From positions 768,001 through 832,000 of the forward strand of contig CAVPJU010000010.1 in assembly GCA_963705505.1 (NCBI GenBank): DNA of 64,000 nt, in the 5' to 3' direction. Every line of letters starts with the position of its first letter. Position 1 is the stretch's first letter. The position numbers and the translations under genes were made by a program. Under the pieces are notes generated by a model. The model was not told the DNA's origin, ran no database searches, and worked only from the letters and a program-made list of their open reading frames with translations. Positions 30,908 to 40,747 of the stretch are shown here, one piece after another. Source of the stretch: an uncultured bacterium (GTDB lineage: Bacteria; Desulfobacterota_D; UBA1144; Nemesobacterales; UBA2774).

Positions 30908-31498
30908 TCAGATAACCTGATAACCGCGCTTCGTGCTTATGAGCAGTCTTATGAAAATCACTATATGCGTGAATATGATTACCGGGACGACGAATGTAAG
31001 CAGCAAACTCAGAGGGAATTTCAGAAGCTCGATCATCGAGCCGGGCTCGGACAATGCGAGCCTGGCCGCGGTCAGGACGACGAATAGAATATCGATAAGC
31101 CCGAACAGGTTCCATAAGAGATAGAGAGCCCATCCGGTTTTTTTCACAGGTCTGACGAATAAAACCAGAATAAGGGCCGCAGCTGCGGAAACTATATCTC
31201 CCCAACCTCCGGGCACGGCGAAATCGTATGGCAGCCTGCCTTCAGAATGAAGAATCAGGAAATAGATACCGACGAAACGTGTCAGGTGGAAGAGTACGAG
31301 AGCCCTTACGTCAACCGAGAGGCACCAGCTTTTGAAACAGGGAGAAAACGCAAATATAAGGAGCTGGATAATTACGAGTCCCAGGAGAACTACCTGTGGG
31401 AACGGAGGGACAAGCGAAGAGATGAGTCCGGATGCTCCTGCGAAAACGGCTGCCAGAAGCCAGACTGTTACAACGATCGCTACTCTATTTGAATTCAT
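30908..31498 (-). CDS. Hypothetical integral membrane protein (about 6 TM)
   Basis: Hydrophobic ORF with motif-like segments H..RFVG, FA.PGGWGD and WNLFGLIDI. Confidence 0.75.
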   Translation of the reverse strand: MNSNRVAIVVTVWLLAAVFAGASGLISSLVPPFPQVVLLGLVIIQLLIFAFSPCFKSWCLSVDVRALVLFHLTRFVGIYFLILHSEGRLPYDFAVPGGWGDIVSAAAALILVLFVRPVKKTGWALYLLWNLFGLIDILFVVLTAARLALSEPGSMIELLKFPLSLLLTFVVPVIIFTHIVIFIRLLISTKRGYQVI

Positions 31499-31522
31499 GT
31501 GTGGTTTCGGGTTATCGATACA

Positions 31523-32464
31523 CTATAAAAGAAAACCTTCCGTCTTCCAATCCCTGACAATCTGATCGAGCCCTTCTTTGTAAGTCGGATACTTAGGCGA
31601 CCAGCTCGACCCCGTGCGGAGCTTATTGTTCGACGTATATGTCGATGCGGTGAAAAAATTCACGGCATAGCTTCCCGCGAGAATGCGGCCGAGCCATTCC
31701 GGAATGCGGCGGGGCGCCGGGGCGCCGAGCCGATCGGCGAATCCATTCAGAAACTCGCTCACTCTAACCGGACCGTCGTCCACCACATGCCAGACACCTT
31801 TGAGATCTTCAAGCGCGGCAGTCACGAAGGCTGCCGCCGCATCGTCGACATGAACATTAGACCAGAGAGAATCGCCGCTGCCGATTATCGGAAACTTTCT
31901 TTTTTTGAGTCCTTCGCCGATAGTCCTCGTGTGAGCAGTGTCCGACCCGTAAAAAAAGCCGCAGCGCAGAACTGTAGGGATAAAACCGTATTTCTCTCCC
32001 GCCTGAAGAACGATGTTCTCGCCGTCTATACCGGATTGCACTGACTTATCGGGATTGGCCGGGGAGCTTTCATCGAAATAAGACCCGTCCGGAGGCCTGG
32101 CGACCCAAACGACGTCCTGGAATATTAGCTTCTTCGCTCCGGCTTTCACGGCGCATTCGGTAAGTATTCGTGTCCCTTCGCGCCTGATCCGGTCGTTCAA
32201 TGCGAAATCTTCGAGCTTCATCCTCGCCTTCACAGGGATCGACGTCGCGGCATGGATAACAACATCCGATCCCTCGACTGCGGGGAGAAGCGCCTCCTTG
32301 TCGAAGAGACCCGCACGGGATGGATTACCTCCCAAAGAGTTGACAAGCTCCTCCCCCTGAGTGCTTCTGACCATGCCTGTAACTGAATGGCCGCGGCTTA
32401 CGAATTCTTTGACGAGCCTTTTGCCGAGGACGCCTGTCGCGCCTGTAATGAAAATCTTCATCAT
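31523..32464 (-). CDS. NAD-dependent epimerase/dehydratase family protein (atypical SDR)
   Basis: IFITGATGVLG Rossmann motif and VHVDDAA. Confidence 0.88.
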   Translation of the reverse strand: MMKIFITGATGVLGKRLVKEFVSRGHSVTGMVRSTQGEELVNSLGGNPSRAGLFDKEALLPAVEGSDVVIHAATSIPVKARMKLEDFALNDRIRREGTRILTECAVKAGAKKLIFQDVVWVARPPDGSYFDESSPANPDKSVQSGIDGENIVLQAGEKYGFIPTVLRCGFFYGSDTAHTRTIGEGLKKRKFPIIGSGDSLWSNVHVDDAAAAFVTAALEDLKGVWHVVDDGPVRVSEFLNGFADRLGAPAPRRIPEWLGRILAGSYAVNFFTASTYTSNNKLRTGSSWSPKYPTYKEGLDQIVRDWKTEGFLL

Positions 32465-32610
32465 CGGCTCCTATGAAGGTAAATTCACCCTTTACGCCAA
32501 GCCCTCTGATTATTAAGATGAAAAAATAATGATACCGGATTCGGAAAAACGATTGAATGACCCTGCGTAACCATAGATTAATTAAGGGATGAGAATGACA
32601 GAAAGGAAGG

Positions 32611-32743
32611 CGTCCTTCGACATGCTCAGGACGAATAGGCAATAAAATTAAGGTACCCCCTCACCTAAATTCTCTCCCACCGAGGGGAGAGGAAATTTAA
32701 GGCAGAAGAAAGGCTAAGATTTCTCGCATACGCTCGAAATGAC
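32611..32743. repeat. Composite array of REP-like short palindromic repeats (right copy)
   Basis: CGTCCTTCGACATGCTCAGGACGAA (32611-32635), CCCTCACCTAAATTCTCTCCCACCGAGGGGAGAGGAAAT (32658-32696) and AGATTTCTCGCATACGCTCGAAATGAC (32717-32743). Confidence 0.7.
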
Positions 32744-32776
32744 AAAGCGGCCCGGTTCGGTGTGTGAAGTGAAAGG

Positions 32777-33313
32777 TTAGTGAAGCCGGAATAAGTTGAG
32801 AGGTGTATAGACCGATCCGTCCCTGCGTGTCTCGCTCTTTATGACGCCGACTTCATCGATGGTGAACTTACACTTATCGGGTGTCGGCAGAGGCTCCTTT
32901 ATCCTGAGCCTGCTCTTGATCCTGCCTATTGTCACATGCGGGACGAACTTTCGCGCCTCCCGCGAAAACCCGAGGGGTTCGAGCTCGCCTTCAATCCTGT
33001 CCTGAAGCGACGAAAGCCCGGGGTTCTCGGATAAACCTATGACCAAGACGCGGGGATTCCCGAGGTCGGGGAAGCCGCCGAAATTCAATACGTCCATTTC
33101 GAAGGGGGAATAATCCCGGACGAGGCTGCCGACTGCGGACGACACCTGCTCCGCCATCGAATCCTCGACGTTACCCAGGAACTTTAAAGTGACGTGGAGC
33201 TTATCGTGATTCTCCCACTTAACGCCCTCGCACCGGGGCTTCACGACTCTTATGTACTCGTCGATACGGGCCTTGATCTCTTCGGGCAAAAGGGCGGCGA
33301 TAAAGAGTCTCAA
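32777..33313 (-). CDS. thpR: RNA 2',3'-cyclic phosphodiesterase
   Basis: MRLFIA start and two HxT motifs (LHVTLKFLG; PHVTIGR). Confidence 0.92.
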   Translation of the reverse strand: MRLFIAALLPEEIKARIDEYIRVVKPRCEGVKWENHDKLHVTLKFLGNVEDSMAEQVSSAVGSLVRDYSPFEMDVLNFGGFPDLGNPRVLVIGLSENPGLSSLQDRIEGELEPLGFSREARKFVPHVTIGRIKSRLRIKEPLPTPDKCKFTIDEVGVIKSETRRDGSVYTPLNLFRLH

Positions 33314-33380
33314 TATTTCTCACCCGTATAAAAGCACCATAGCATTTTATCCGAACTGCGAAGATAGTACGCCTGCGATT

Positions 33381-34643
33381 CTATTTGCACCAGGTGGGGA
33401 AGGACTTCCCTCCGCCCTGGCTGAGACGCTTCTGGTTTTCTCCGGTCATATACATGAGGTATATGTCCCTTGCCCCGTCACGGCTTGAGCTGTACGCTAT
33501 GTAACGACCATCGGGCGACCATGCGGGGTTCTCATTTCTGGAACCGGCGGTAAGCCTCTGCTCACCTGAGCCATCGGGGTTAATAGTGTAGATATTAGCC
33601 CCGTTTCCCTCGACCTTCACGAACGCTATCTTGTTGACCTGAGGGTTCGGCGACCACGAAGGGTCGGTGCTGTATCCGCCGCCGCTGATTTTCCTCAGCG
33701 CACCTCCGCTCGAGCTCATTACGTAGATCGCCGGATTTCCGCCCCTGTCCGACACAAACGCAATCATGCTGCCGTCCGGGGACCATGTCGGGGAGACGTC
33801 TATGGCGTTGCTCCTCGTAAGGTTGACCGCCCCTTTCCCGGTGGGCCCGGACACGTATATGTCGCCGTTCGAGCTGAAAGCGATCTGGTTTCCGCTCGGA
33901 GACCATGCGGCGCTCTGCTCGAGCTTGAATGCGCGCGTTATTCTCTGCTCGGATACCGTGGGGGTAAGGGTCATTATGTAGAGGTCCTGATCCCACACCT
34001 TATCGGAGTTGAATACGATCTTGCTGCCGTCGGGAGAGCAGTCCGGGGACATGACCAGGGCGCCGTGCCTGGTCAGCTGGTTCAACTTGGCGCCGTCATA
34101 GTCCATTATAAAGAGGTTCCTGCTCCTGCTCCCGCCGAGGACAAAAGCTATCCTCGACGTAAAGAAGCCGTCGTTCCCGGTGATCTGTTTCATCACCTGG
34201 TCGGCGAACCTGTGTGCAGCCTCCCTCACCTTGCCCGGAGTTGCTTCGTAAGACCTTCCGAGTATGGGCCTCTCCTCCCTGACGTTGAAAAGCTGGACCG
34301 CGAATTTTATTTTTCCGCCGCTCACCTGGTATTGACCCGCTATTAAATAGTCGGCGCCGGCATCGAAAAACGCCTGAAAACTGATGTTGTTGACGTCCGT
34401 TATTACCACCCCGCCCGAGCTGACTTCAAATAGAGCGGCATTCTCAAGGTCGTTCCTCAGTACTTCCGTAAATTCCTTCCCTTTAGCGTCCGCAGGGCCG
34501 ATGCTCGTCAGCTCCGGAATGAATATCGGAATCCTCTGTATAGTCGGACCCGTGACGTCCGGCAGCTTGATCTGGGAATAAGCTCCGACAGTGACAGTGA
34601 AAAATATTGAAAGCGATAGTAAGAGAATTCTAAATGCCATCAT
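33381..34643 (-). CDS. tolB: Tol-Pal beta-propeller protein TolB
   Basis: Signal peptide, TolB_N-like region (AHRFAD...G.F.SRIAFV), MDYDG, and PD40 repeats (P.WSPDG..IAF.S). Confidence 0.85.
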   Translation of the reverse strand: MMAFRILLLSLSIFFTVTVGAYSQIKLPDVTGPTIQRIPIFIPELTSIGPADAKGKEFTEVLRNDLENAALFEVSSGGVVITDVNNISFQAFFDAGADYLIAGQYQVSGGKIKFAVQLFNVREERPILGRSYEATPGKVREAAHRFADQVMKQITGNDGFFTSRIAFVLGGSRSRNLFIMDYDGAKLNQLTRHGALVMSPDCSPDGSKIVFNSDKVWDQDLYIMTLTPTVSEQRITRAFKLEQSAAWSPSGNQIAFSSNGDIYVSGPTGKGAVNLTRSNAIDVSPTWSPDGSMIAFVSDRGGNPAIYVMSSSGGALRKISGGGYSTDPSWSPNPQVNKIAFVKVEGNGANIYTINPDGSGEQRLTAGSRNENPAWSPDGRYIAYSSSRDGARDIYLMYMTGENQKRLSQGGGKSFPTWCK

Positions 34644-34760
34644 AGTCCCCCTCTCAATCTATGGGTAGATTATTGAAATGATAAAAGTATCGAAAATAAA
34701 TCTAGCCTATGCGGAAATGAAAAGCCACCTTAATTATTTTACCCGGTAAAGACAGGATTT

Positions 34761-35360
34761 TTATTCTTCGAGTTCCACGTTCCAGTATGAGATATCGATG
34801 AAATTCAGAAACGGTTCCCATTCCTTGTACATTACGGTTTTTATGTAAATATTTGAAAACGGGTCCCAGAGGGGTTTCTTCGGTTTCCTTTTGAGCCTCA
34901 TCCTCGCCTGCTCGGGTGTCCGGCCGCCTTTTTTCCGGTTGCATTCGATACAGCAGCATACTACGTTATCCCAAATGCTCCTCCCCCCTTGTGAGCGGGG
35001 CACGACGTGGTCGATCGTGAGCTCGGAGCGGGAAAACTTTTTCACACAGTACTGGCACATTCCTCCGTCACGTCTGAATATGTTGATACGGTTGAACTTC
35101 GCCTCTTTCCGGATGAAGCCCTCGTATCTCACGAGCACGATTACACGGGGAGTCAATATCACCGCGTTTACCGTCCTGATTACGTCCGTTTCCGCCTTCA
35201 TCGAGGATATCTGTGACCAGGATTCGAAATCGAATGTCTCGTAGCCGGTGCCCACAGCCTTTGCGACACCGCTGTACATCAGAACGAAAGCCCTTTTAAC
35301 GCTTGTAATTGTGACGGGGACGAAGTAACGGTTAAGAACTAACACGGGAGCGGTTAACAT
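34761..35360 (-). CDS. HNH endonuclease (McrA-like)
   Basis: VLVLN, NIFRRD..CQYC, TIDHVVPRSQGG and CIECNRKKG motifs. Confidence 0.9.
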   Translation of the reverse strand: MLTAPVLVLNRYFVPVTITSVKRAFVLMYSGVAKAVGTGYETFDFESWSQISSMKAETDVIRTVNAVILTPRVIVLVRYEGFIRKEAKFNRINIFRRDGGMCQYCVKKFSRSELTIDHVVPRSQGGRSIWDNVVCCCIECNRKKGGRTPEQARMRLKRKPKKPLWDPFSNIYIKTVMYKEWEPFLNFIDISYWNVELEE

Positions 35361-35509
35361 ACGGAATGAGAATTTACCCTTTTTTAAAGTGCTATTCAAG
35401 TAATAATGTGTTAAAGTTCCGTTAAGATATAATTTTTTCAGGAAAACCGGCGAAAAAAGAAATTACTTGACTTATAGCCTCGACCATTCAAATTATTAAA
35501 GGTGGCCCG

Positions 35510-35659
35510 ATGAATACACTAGTCTCCGCATTTTTGATTCAGCTCCTTCTGTGCGCAATCCTATTCGCTCTGATTTTTTATCTCGTCGTCAGCAACACCG
35601 AGCTGAAAAAAGAGATCGAGTCCCAAAGCGAAAACCGTATAAAACCCGCGAGAGACTAG
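35510..35659 (+). CDS. Small single-pass membrane protein (49 aa) upstream of lgt
   Basis: Below the ORF-track cutoff. Hand translation: MNTLVSAFLIQLLLCAILFALIFYLVVSNTELKKEIESQSENRIKPARD*. AAGGTGG RBS-like sequence upstream. Stop is 4 nt before the lgt ATG. Confidence 0.6.
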   Translation: MNTLVSAFLIQLLLCAILFALIFYLVVSNTELKKEIESQSENRIKPARD

Positions 35660-35663
35660 CCGA

Positions 35664-36467
35664 ATGTATCCCGAATTAATCAAGATCGGAAACTTTACCA
35701 TATCTTCGTTCGGCGTCATGATGGCGCTCTGCTTCATTGCCGGATACTGGGTCATAACACTGGAGGCCAAAAGAAAGGGGCTCGACGAGAAACTCGTCGG
35801 GAACATGTTCCTGGCAACGATGTTAGGCGGCATCGTCGGGGCGAAGCTCCTCTATGTATTCGAGAACGTATCGTTATCGGAACTGGCAAGGCATCCCCTC
35901 AACAGCCTGCTGTCACGAGGGGGATTGACGTATTACGGCGGATTTTTCGGAGCGATAATCCTGACCTGGATCATTGCATATAAGAACAGGCTCAGCATGT
36001 GGGTTGTCGGCGATCTGGCCGCCCCTGCCCTTGCCCTTGCATACGCGATCGGACGGATCGGCTGTTTTCTCGTGGGGGACGATTACGGAGTCCCGTCAAA
36101 CCTCCCCTGGGCCATGCCGTTTCCGAAAGGGCTGCCTCCCACAAACGTACCCGTCCATCCGACTCAGCTCTACGAAATAATAATCATGTCGATCGTGTTC
36201 GTATTCATATGGAAGATCCGGAAAAAGGAAAAGCCCGCGGGATGGCTGTTCTCCGTCTATCTCGTCATAGCGGGACTCGAAAGATTCCTGATCGAATTCC
36301 TGAGGAGCACGACGCCGAGCCCCATACCCGACCTGTCCGTGGCGCAGTTGATGGCGATCTTTCTAATCGCCATAGGAGCGTTCAAGCTCTACAAGACCCG
36401 CTCGGCTGGCGAAACTGCGGAAGAGCCCATAGACCCGAAAAAATTCGGAAAGAAGAAAAAGGCTTAA
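35664..36467 (+). CDS. lgt: Prolipoprotein diacylglyceryl transferase
   Basis: GGLTYYGG, AIGRIGCFLVG, HPTQLYE and RFLIEFLR motifs. Confidence 0.95.
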   Translation: MYPELIKIGNFTISSFGVMMALCFIAGYWVITLEAKRKGLDEKLVGNMFLATMLGGIVGAKLLYVFENVSLSELARHPLNSLLSRGGLTYYGGFFGAIILTWIIAYKNRLSMWVVGDLAAPALALAYAIGRIGCFLVGDDYGVPSNLPWAMPFPKGLPPTNVPVHPTQLYEIIIMSIVFVFIWKIRKKEKPAGWLFSVYLVIAGLERFLIEFLRSTTPSPIPDLSVAQLMAIFLIAIGAFKLYKTRSAGETAEEPIDPKKFGKKKKA

Positions 36468-36546
36468 CCAAAAATCCTTTCCGCTCGTAATCATCGACAC
36501 CTATCGTCCTTCCCATCACACGCGCGTTGGGTATCTTTTATGCACC

Positions 36547-38109
36547 ATGAACAAGATCGGCAGGCACGACCTCGTTTTATCGGCGCTCACAGGCATCTTA
36601 TACCCGCTCACATTCATGATCCCTTACACGGGGATCCTTTCCTGGGTGCTGCTCATACCGCTATTTTGGTCTATAGAGAAGAAGTCCCCTTCCGATGCCT
36701 TTAAGCTCGGGCTCCTCGCGGGGCTTGTATCGAACCTCGCCGGCACCTACTGGCTCATAGGGACTCTCAGCAGGTTCGGGGGGTTCCCGATTATAATTAG
36801 CGTACTGTTCATCGCCGTCCTGAGCGCGTTCTCCGGTCTCTCGTTCGCAATATTTTCATACATAGTCACAAAGCTCGGATTCCTTAAGAAACCGGGCGTG
36901 GTTTCCGCGCTCCTCGTCGCCGCCGTGTGGACATCGGTCGAGTACCTCTTTCCGTTCCTCTTCCCTTACGGAATCGCGAACGCGCAGGCGGACTACATAC
37001 CCGTCATACAGATATTCGACCTCTTCGGCGTCTATGCGCTGAGCTTCATAATAGTTGTCGTCAATCTGACGCTCATGAGGGCGCTTAAAAGATTCACCGA
37101 AGGCGGCTCCTACCCCTCACATGAGACTTTATTATCGGCTGCGCTTATTATTGTCACACTCCTTTACGGGTTCTGGAGAATAGGCGAGGTCGACAGGGAA
37201 ATCGCCCAGGCGCCAAAGCTCAAGATCGGCATGGTGCAGGCGAATTTCGATTTCCTGGAAAAGTCAGAGAGCCAGGAAGACGTCGTGACGGAAAGGCACA
37301 AGGAGATGTCTCAAGCTCTCAAATCCGCAGACCTCATAATCTGGCCCGAAACCGCCATACAGGCATGGTTTCCGACCGATTCGGATTATCTCCTGGTCAG
37401 GGACAAGATGGGCGTGCCCCGGATGGACGGGAAATACTTCATCGTAGGCGGCATGTCGTTCACCCCTAAGGACCCGGAAGCAGAGGTGCTTACGGACGAC
37501 GACCTCCTCAAATACAACACGGCGTTTCTCACTAATTCCGACGGCGTGATCCTCGGAAGGTACCATAAAATCAAGCTTCTGCTCTTCGGCGAGTATCTCC
37601 CGTTCGCAAATTTAATACCGGCGCTTAAGAATATCAGCCCTGCGTCAGGCGACTTCACTCCGGGCGGAGACCTCAACCTGTTCGAGATAAAGGACAAGGG
37701 CGCGAGGATAGCCCCTATAATCTGCTACGAGGACATCATCCCTTCATTCAGCAGGAGGTTCGTCGAAAAGGGTGCAAACCTTATCGTCAATATAACGAAC
37801 GACGCATGGTTCGGAAGGACCGTTGCCCCTTACCAGCACCTCTTCGTATCCATACCGAGGACTGTAGAGACCAGGAGGTACCTGTTGCGGTCAACGAACA
37901 CGGGGATAAGCGCGATCATCGATCCCGTGGGCAGAGTTGTCAAAAAAACACCTATATTCGTACAAACCGACCTCGAAGGGGAAGTGGGTCTCATGAACGG
38001 GGACAAAACGCTCTATACAAGAATAGGCGATGTATTCCCGGCGGCGTGCCTCGTTTTCTGGATAGGATTCGCAATATTAACGAAGCTAAGAGGCAAGAAT
38101 TTCTCCTAG
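36547..38109 (+). CDS. lnt: Apolipoprotein N-acyltransferase
   Basis: TM domain plus nitrilase triad WPETA, YHKIKLLLFGEY and ICYED; TNDAWFG. Confidence 0.95.
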   Translation: MNKIGRHDLVLSALTGILYPLTFMIPYTGILSWVLLIPLFWSIEKKSPSDAFKLGLLAGLVSNLAGTYWLIGTLSRFGGFPIIISVLFIAVLSAFSGLSFAIFSYIVTKLGFLKKPGVVSALLVAAVWTSVEYLFPFLFPYGIANAQADYIPVIQIFDLFGVYALSFIIVVVNLTLMRALKRFTEGGSYPSHETLLSAALIIVTLLYGFWRIGEVDREIAQAPKLKIGMVQANFDFLEKSESQEDVVTERHKEMSQALKSADLIIWPETAIQAWFPTDSDYLLVRDKMGVPRMDGKYFIVGGMSFTPKDPEAEVLTDDDLLKYNTAFLTNSDGVILGRYHKIKLLLFGEYLPFANLIPALKNISPASGDFTPGGDLNLFEIKDKGARIAPIICYEDIIPSFSRRFVEKGANLIVNITNDAWFGRTVAPYQHLFVSIPRTVETRRYLLRSTNTGISAIIDPVGRVVKKTPIFVQTDLEGEVGLMNGDKTLYTRIGDVFPAACLVFWIGFAILTKLRGKNFS

Positions 38110-39195
38110 GGCGTGGAGGAACGCGTCGTTTTCCCGCGGCGTTCCGATCGTGACACGCATGCAGTTCTCGAGCCTCCCCGGCTTATTGAAGTTCCTTATG
38201 AGCACATCCCTCGCGATGAGGGCCTTAAATACGTAGTCCGCATCCCCGACCTTAAAGAATATAAAGTTGGCGTCGCTATGATACGGCTCCACCCCTCTCA
38301 TTTTAGAAAGGGATTTATATACCCTGTCCCTCTCCCTTACGATGAGCTGGATATTTTCGTAGACGAATTCGTGGTTCCTCAGGACGACTTCCGCAACGCC
38401 CTGCGTCAGGGAGTTGATGTTGTAGGGGTATCTGACCTTATTTATCTCGTGGACGAGGTTCGCCCTGCCGTATAGAATGCCGAGCCTTATCCCGGCGAAC
38501 CCGACCTTGGACAGGGTGCGCAGTATTATCAGGTTCTCATGCTCTTCGATCAAAGGCAAAAACGTATATCCGCTGAAATCGGAATACGCCTCGTCAACGA
38601 CTACCACACCCCTCGAGAGCCTTATTATCTCCCGGATTTTGTCTGCCGAGTACACGTTGCCGGTGGGGTTATTGGGGGACGCGAGGAAAATGAGGTCGGG
38701 GTCTTTTCGCCCGATCAGGTCGGCAATTTTATCTATGTCCAGATCGAATTTACGGTCGAGCTCGACCTCGAGCAATTCCATTCCGAGCGCAAGCCCGCTG
38801 ATCCCGTACATCGAGAACGTGGGAGTGGGGTAGAGAATCCTGCCTGTCCCTCCCGAAAATGCGGTTATGAGCATGCCTATGAGCTCGTCAGAGCCGTTCC
38901 CGAGAAGGATGCCGCCTAAGGGGAAACCGTTTATGTCGGATATCCGCTTCCGCAATTCTCGGGCTTCCGGGTCGGGATACCTGTTGACGTCGATCCTGCT
39001 TAGTTTATCCAAGACCTTTTTCGCGACTTCGGGAGGGAGGGAAAAGGGGCTTTCATTGCCGTCGAGTCTGACACCGGCATCATAGCGGGGAACGGAGTAA
39101 GCGGAGAGGTTTCTTATCCCGGGTTTTACTCTCGATTCCGTGAGGGTTTTATTTTTCGACTTTCCCTTTTCTTTATCTTTAGCGGACATATTCAA
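38086..39195 (-). CDS. hisC: Histidinol-phosphate aminotransferase
   Basis: LDGNESPF, RYPD, GNGSDE, SPNNPTG, DEAY and RTLSK motifs. Downstream of hisD. Confidence 0.95.
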   Translation of the reverse strand: MNMSAKDKEKGKSKNKTLTESRVKPGIRNLSAYSVPRYDAGVRLDGNESPFSLPPEVAKKVLDKLSRIDVNRYPDPEARELRKRISDINGFPLGGILLGNGSDELIGMLITAFSGGTGRILYPTPTFSMYGISGLALGMELLEVELDRKFDLDIDKIADLIGRKDPDLIFLASPNNPTGNVYSADKIREIIRLSRGVVVVDEAYSDFSGYTFLPLIEEHENLIILRTLSKVGFAGIRLGILYGRANLVHEINKVRYPYNINSLTQGVAEVVLRNHEFVYENIQLIVRERDRVYKSLSKMRGVEPYHSDANFIFFKVGDADYVFKALIARDVLIRNFNKPGRLENCMRVTIGTPRENDAFLHALGEILAS

Positions 39196-39245
39196 CGGTA
39201 AGGCATGCTGCCCGGAATTACATCATCTCAATTAACGATGGATGC

Positions 39246-40547
39246 TCAGGAGGGCTGCTTTCCGCCGACCCTTACACCTACGGACAGGGCGTGGGCTTCA
39301 AGCTTTTCACTGTACGCGAGATTCATGACCGAACCTGAAAGCGAATCGAAGCCCTTTTTCGAAATAGAGATCACGCTCGGCATCCTCAGGAAATCGTAAA
39401 CACTGAGTGGGGACGAGAACCGCGCCGCTCCCCCCGTAGGCAGGACGTGGCTCGGCCCCGCTATATAGTCGCCGAAGGCTTCTGTCGACATCGAGCCCAA
39501 AAATATCGCCCCAGCGTGTCTGATTTTTTTCAGGATTTCTTTGGGTTTTCTTACGCAAAGCTCCAGGTGCTCGGGCGCAAGCGCGTTTGCGATATCGATT
39601 GCCTGATCGATCGTTCCCGTGACGAATATCCTGCCCTGTTTCGTTATCGATTCTCGGGCGATTTCTTTTCTCTCGAGTTTCCGGAGCTGGAGGGACACCT
39701 CTTTTTCGATTTCCCTGGCGTAGGTAATGGAATCGGTGACAGCGATCGGAACCGCCATTTCATCGTGCTCAGCCTGAGCGAGGAGGTCGGCCGCCACCCA
39801 CTGCGCGGGAGCGCTCCCGTCGGCGATGATAAGAACCTCGCTCGGCCCGGCTATCATATCGATATCCACCTCTCCGAAGACGAGCTTCTTGGCTATCGTC
39901 ACGTAAATATTTCCCGGGCCGACGATCTTATCCACTTTCGGGACCGACTCCGTTCCGTAAGCGAGCGCCGCGACGGCCTGAGCGCCGCCGACTTTATATA
40001 CGGCATCGACACCGGCTATTTCCGCGGCCGCAAGAACGGCGGGATTTAACTCTCCGCCCGGGCAGGGAGTGACGAGGATAATCTCTCTCACGCCAGCCAC
40101 CTTTGCCGGGATCGCCGTCATAAGCACCGTAGAGGGATATGCCGCCTTTCCGCCAGGAACATATAATCCGGCCCTTTCGATCGGGCGTATGAGCCAGCCG
40201 AGCTCATTGCCGAGCGTGTCCCTGAATGTGTTTCCCGAGGGGAGCTTGAGTCTATGAAAATCCCTGATGCGCTTTCCGGCCCTAAGGAGGTCATCCATTA
40301 ATCTTTTCGGGACGGCAGACCGGGCTTGCCTGAATTGCTTTTCCGTGACCTTAACGGTTTTGCTATTGAGCCCGAGCTTATCGAACTTCTTCGTATATTT
40401 GAAAAGCGCCCTGTCCCCGTTTTTCCTCACGTCCTCGACTATATTTCTGGTGGTGCTTTCAAGCCCGGGGTCCCTAAGCGAGGAGCCCCTCCTCAATCCC
40501 TTTAACGCACCGTCGAGATTCCTTTTATTTATCTCTATAATCTTCAC
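39246..40547 (-). CDS. hisD: Histidinol dehydrogenase
   Basis: YVPGGKAAYPSTVLM, IDMIAGPSE, AQAEHD, APEHLEL and GDYIAGPSHVLPT motifs. Confidence 0.97.
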   Translation of the reverse strand: MKIIEINKRNLDGALKGLRRGSSLRDPGLESTTRNIVEDVRKNGDRALFKYTKKFDKLGLNSKTVKVTEKQFRQARSAVPKRLMDDLLRAGKRIRDFHRLKLPSGNTFRDTLGNELGWLIRPIERAGLYVPGGKAAYPSTVLMTAIPAKVAGVREIILVTPCPGGELNPAVLAAAEIAGVDAVYKVGGAQAVAALAYGTESVPKVDKIVGPGNIYVTIAKKLVFGEVDIDMIAGPSEVLIIADGSAPAQWVAADLLAQAEHDEMAVPIAVTDSITYAREIEKEVSLQLRKLERKEIARESITKQGRIFVTGTIDQAIDIANALAPEHLELCVRKPKEILKKIRHAGAIFLGSMSTEAFGDYIAGPSHVLPTGGAARFSSPLSVYDFLRMPSVISISKKGFDSLSGSVMNLAYSEKLEAHALSVGVRVGGKQPS

Positions 40548-40747
40548 AATGAGAGAGGATTATACATAGGAAAGGGGATAATCAAAAGTAAGCCGTATAG
40601 CCGCTGCGAAATGCTTCCGACCCTCCGGCGTGCCGAGATTAGCGCATAAACGAATTTTGCATGATCCGGTAAACTCAATATTATCTACTCCGCCGTGGGG
40701 GAAGGACCGAGTCCGTCGGTCCCCTGGAAAGCGGACCGGGTAATGAT

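Noticed and set aside
34761..35360. HNH nuclease as part of a defence system or mobile element
   Set aside because: A solitary, widespread McrA-like type with no methylase, ATPase, cas gene or element ends nearby.
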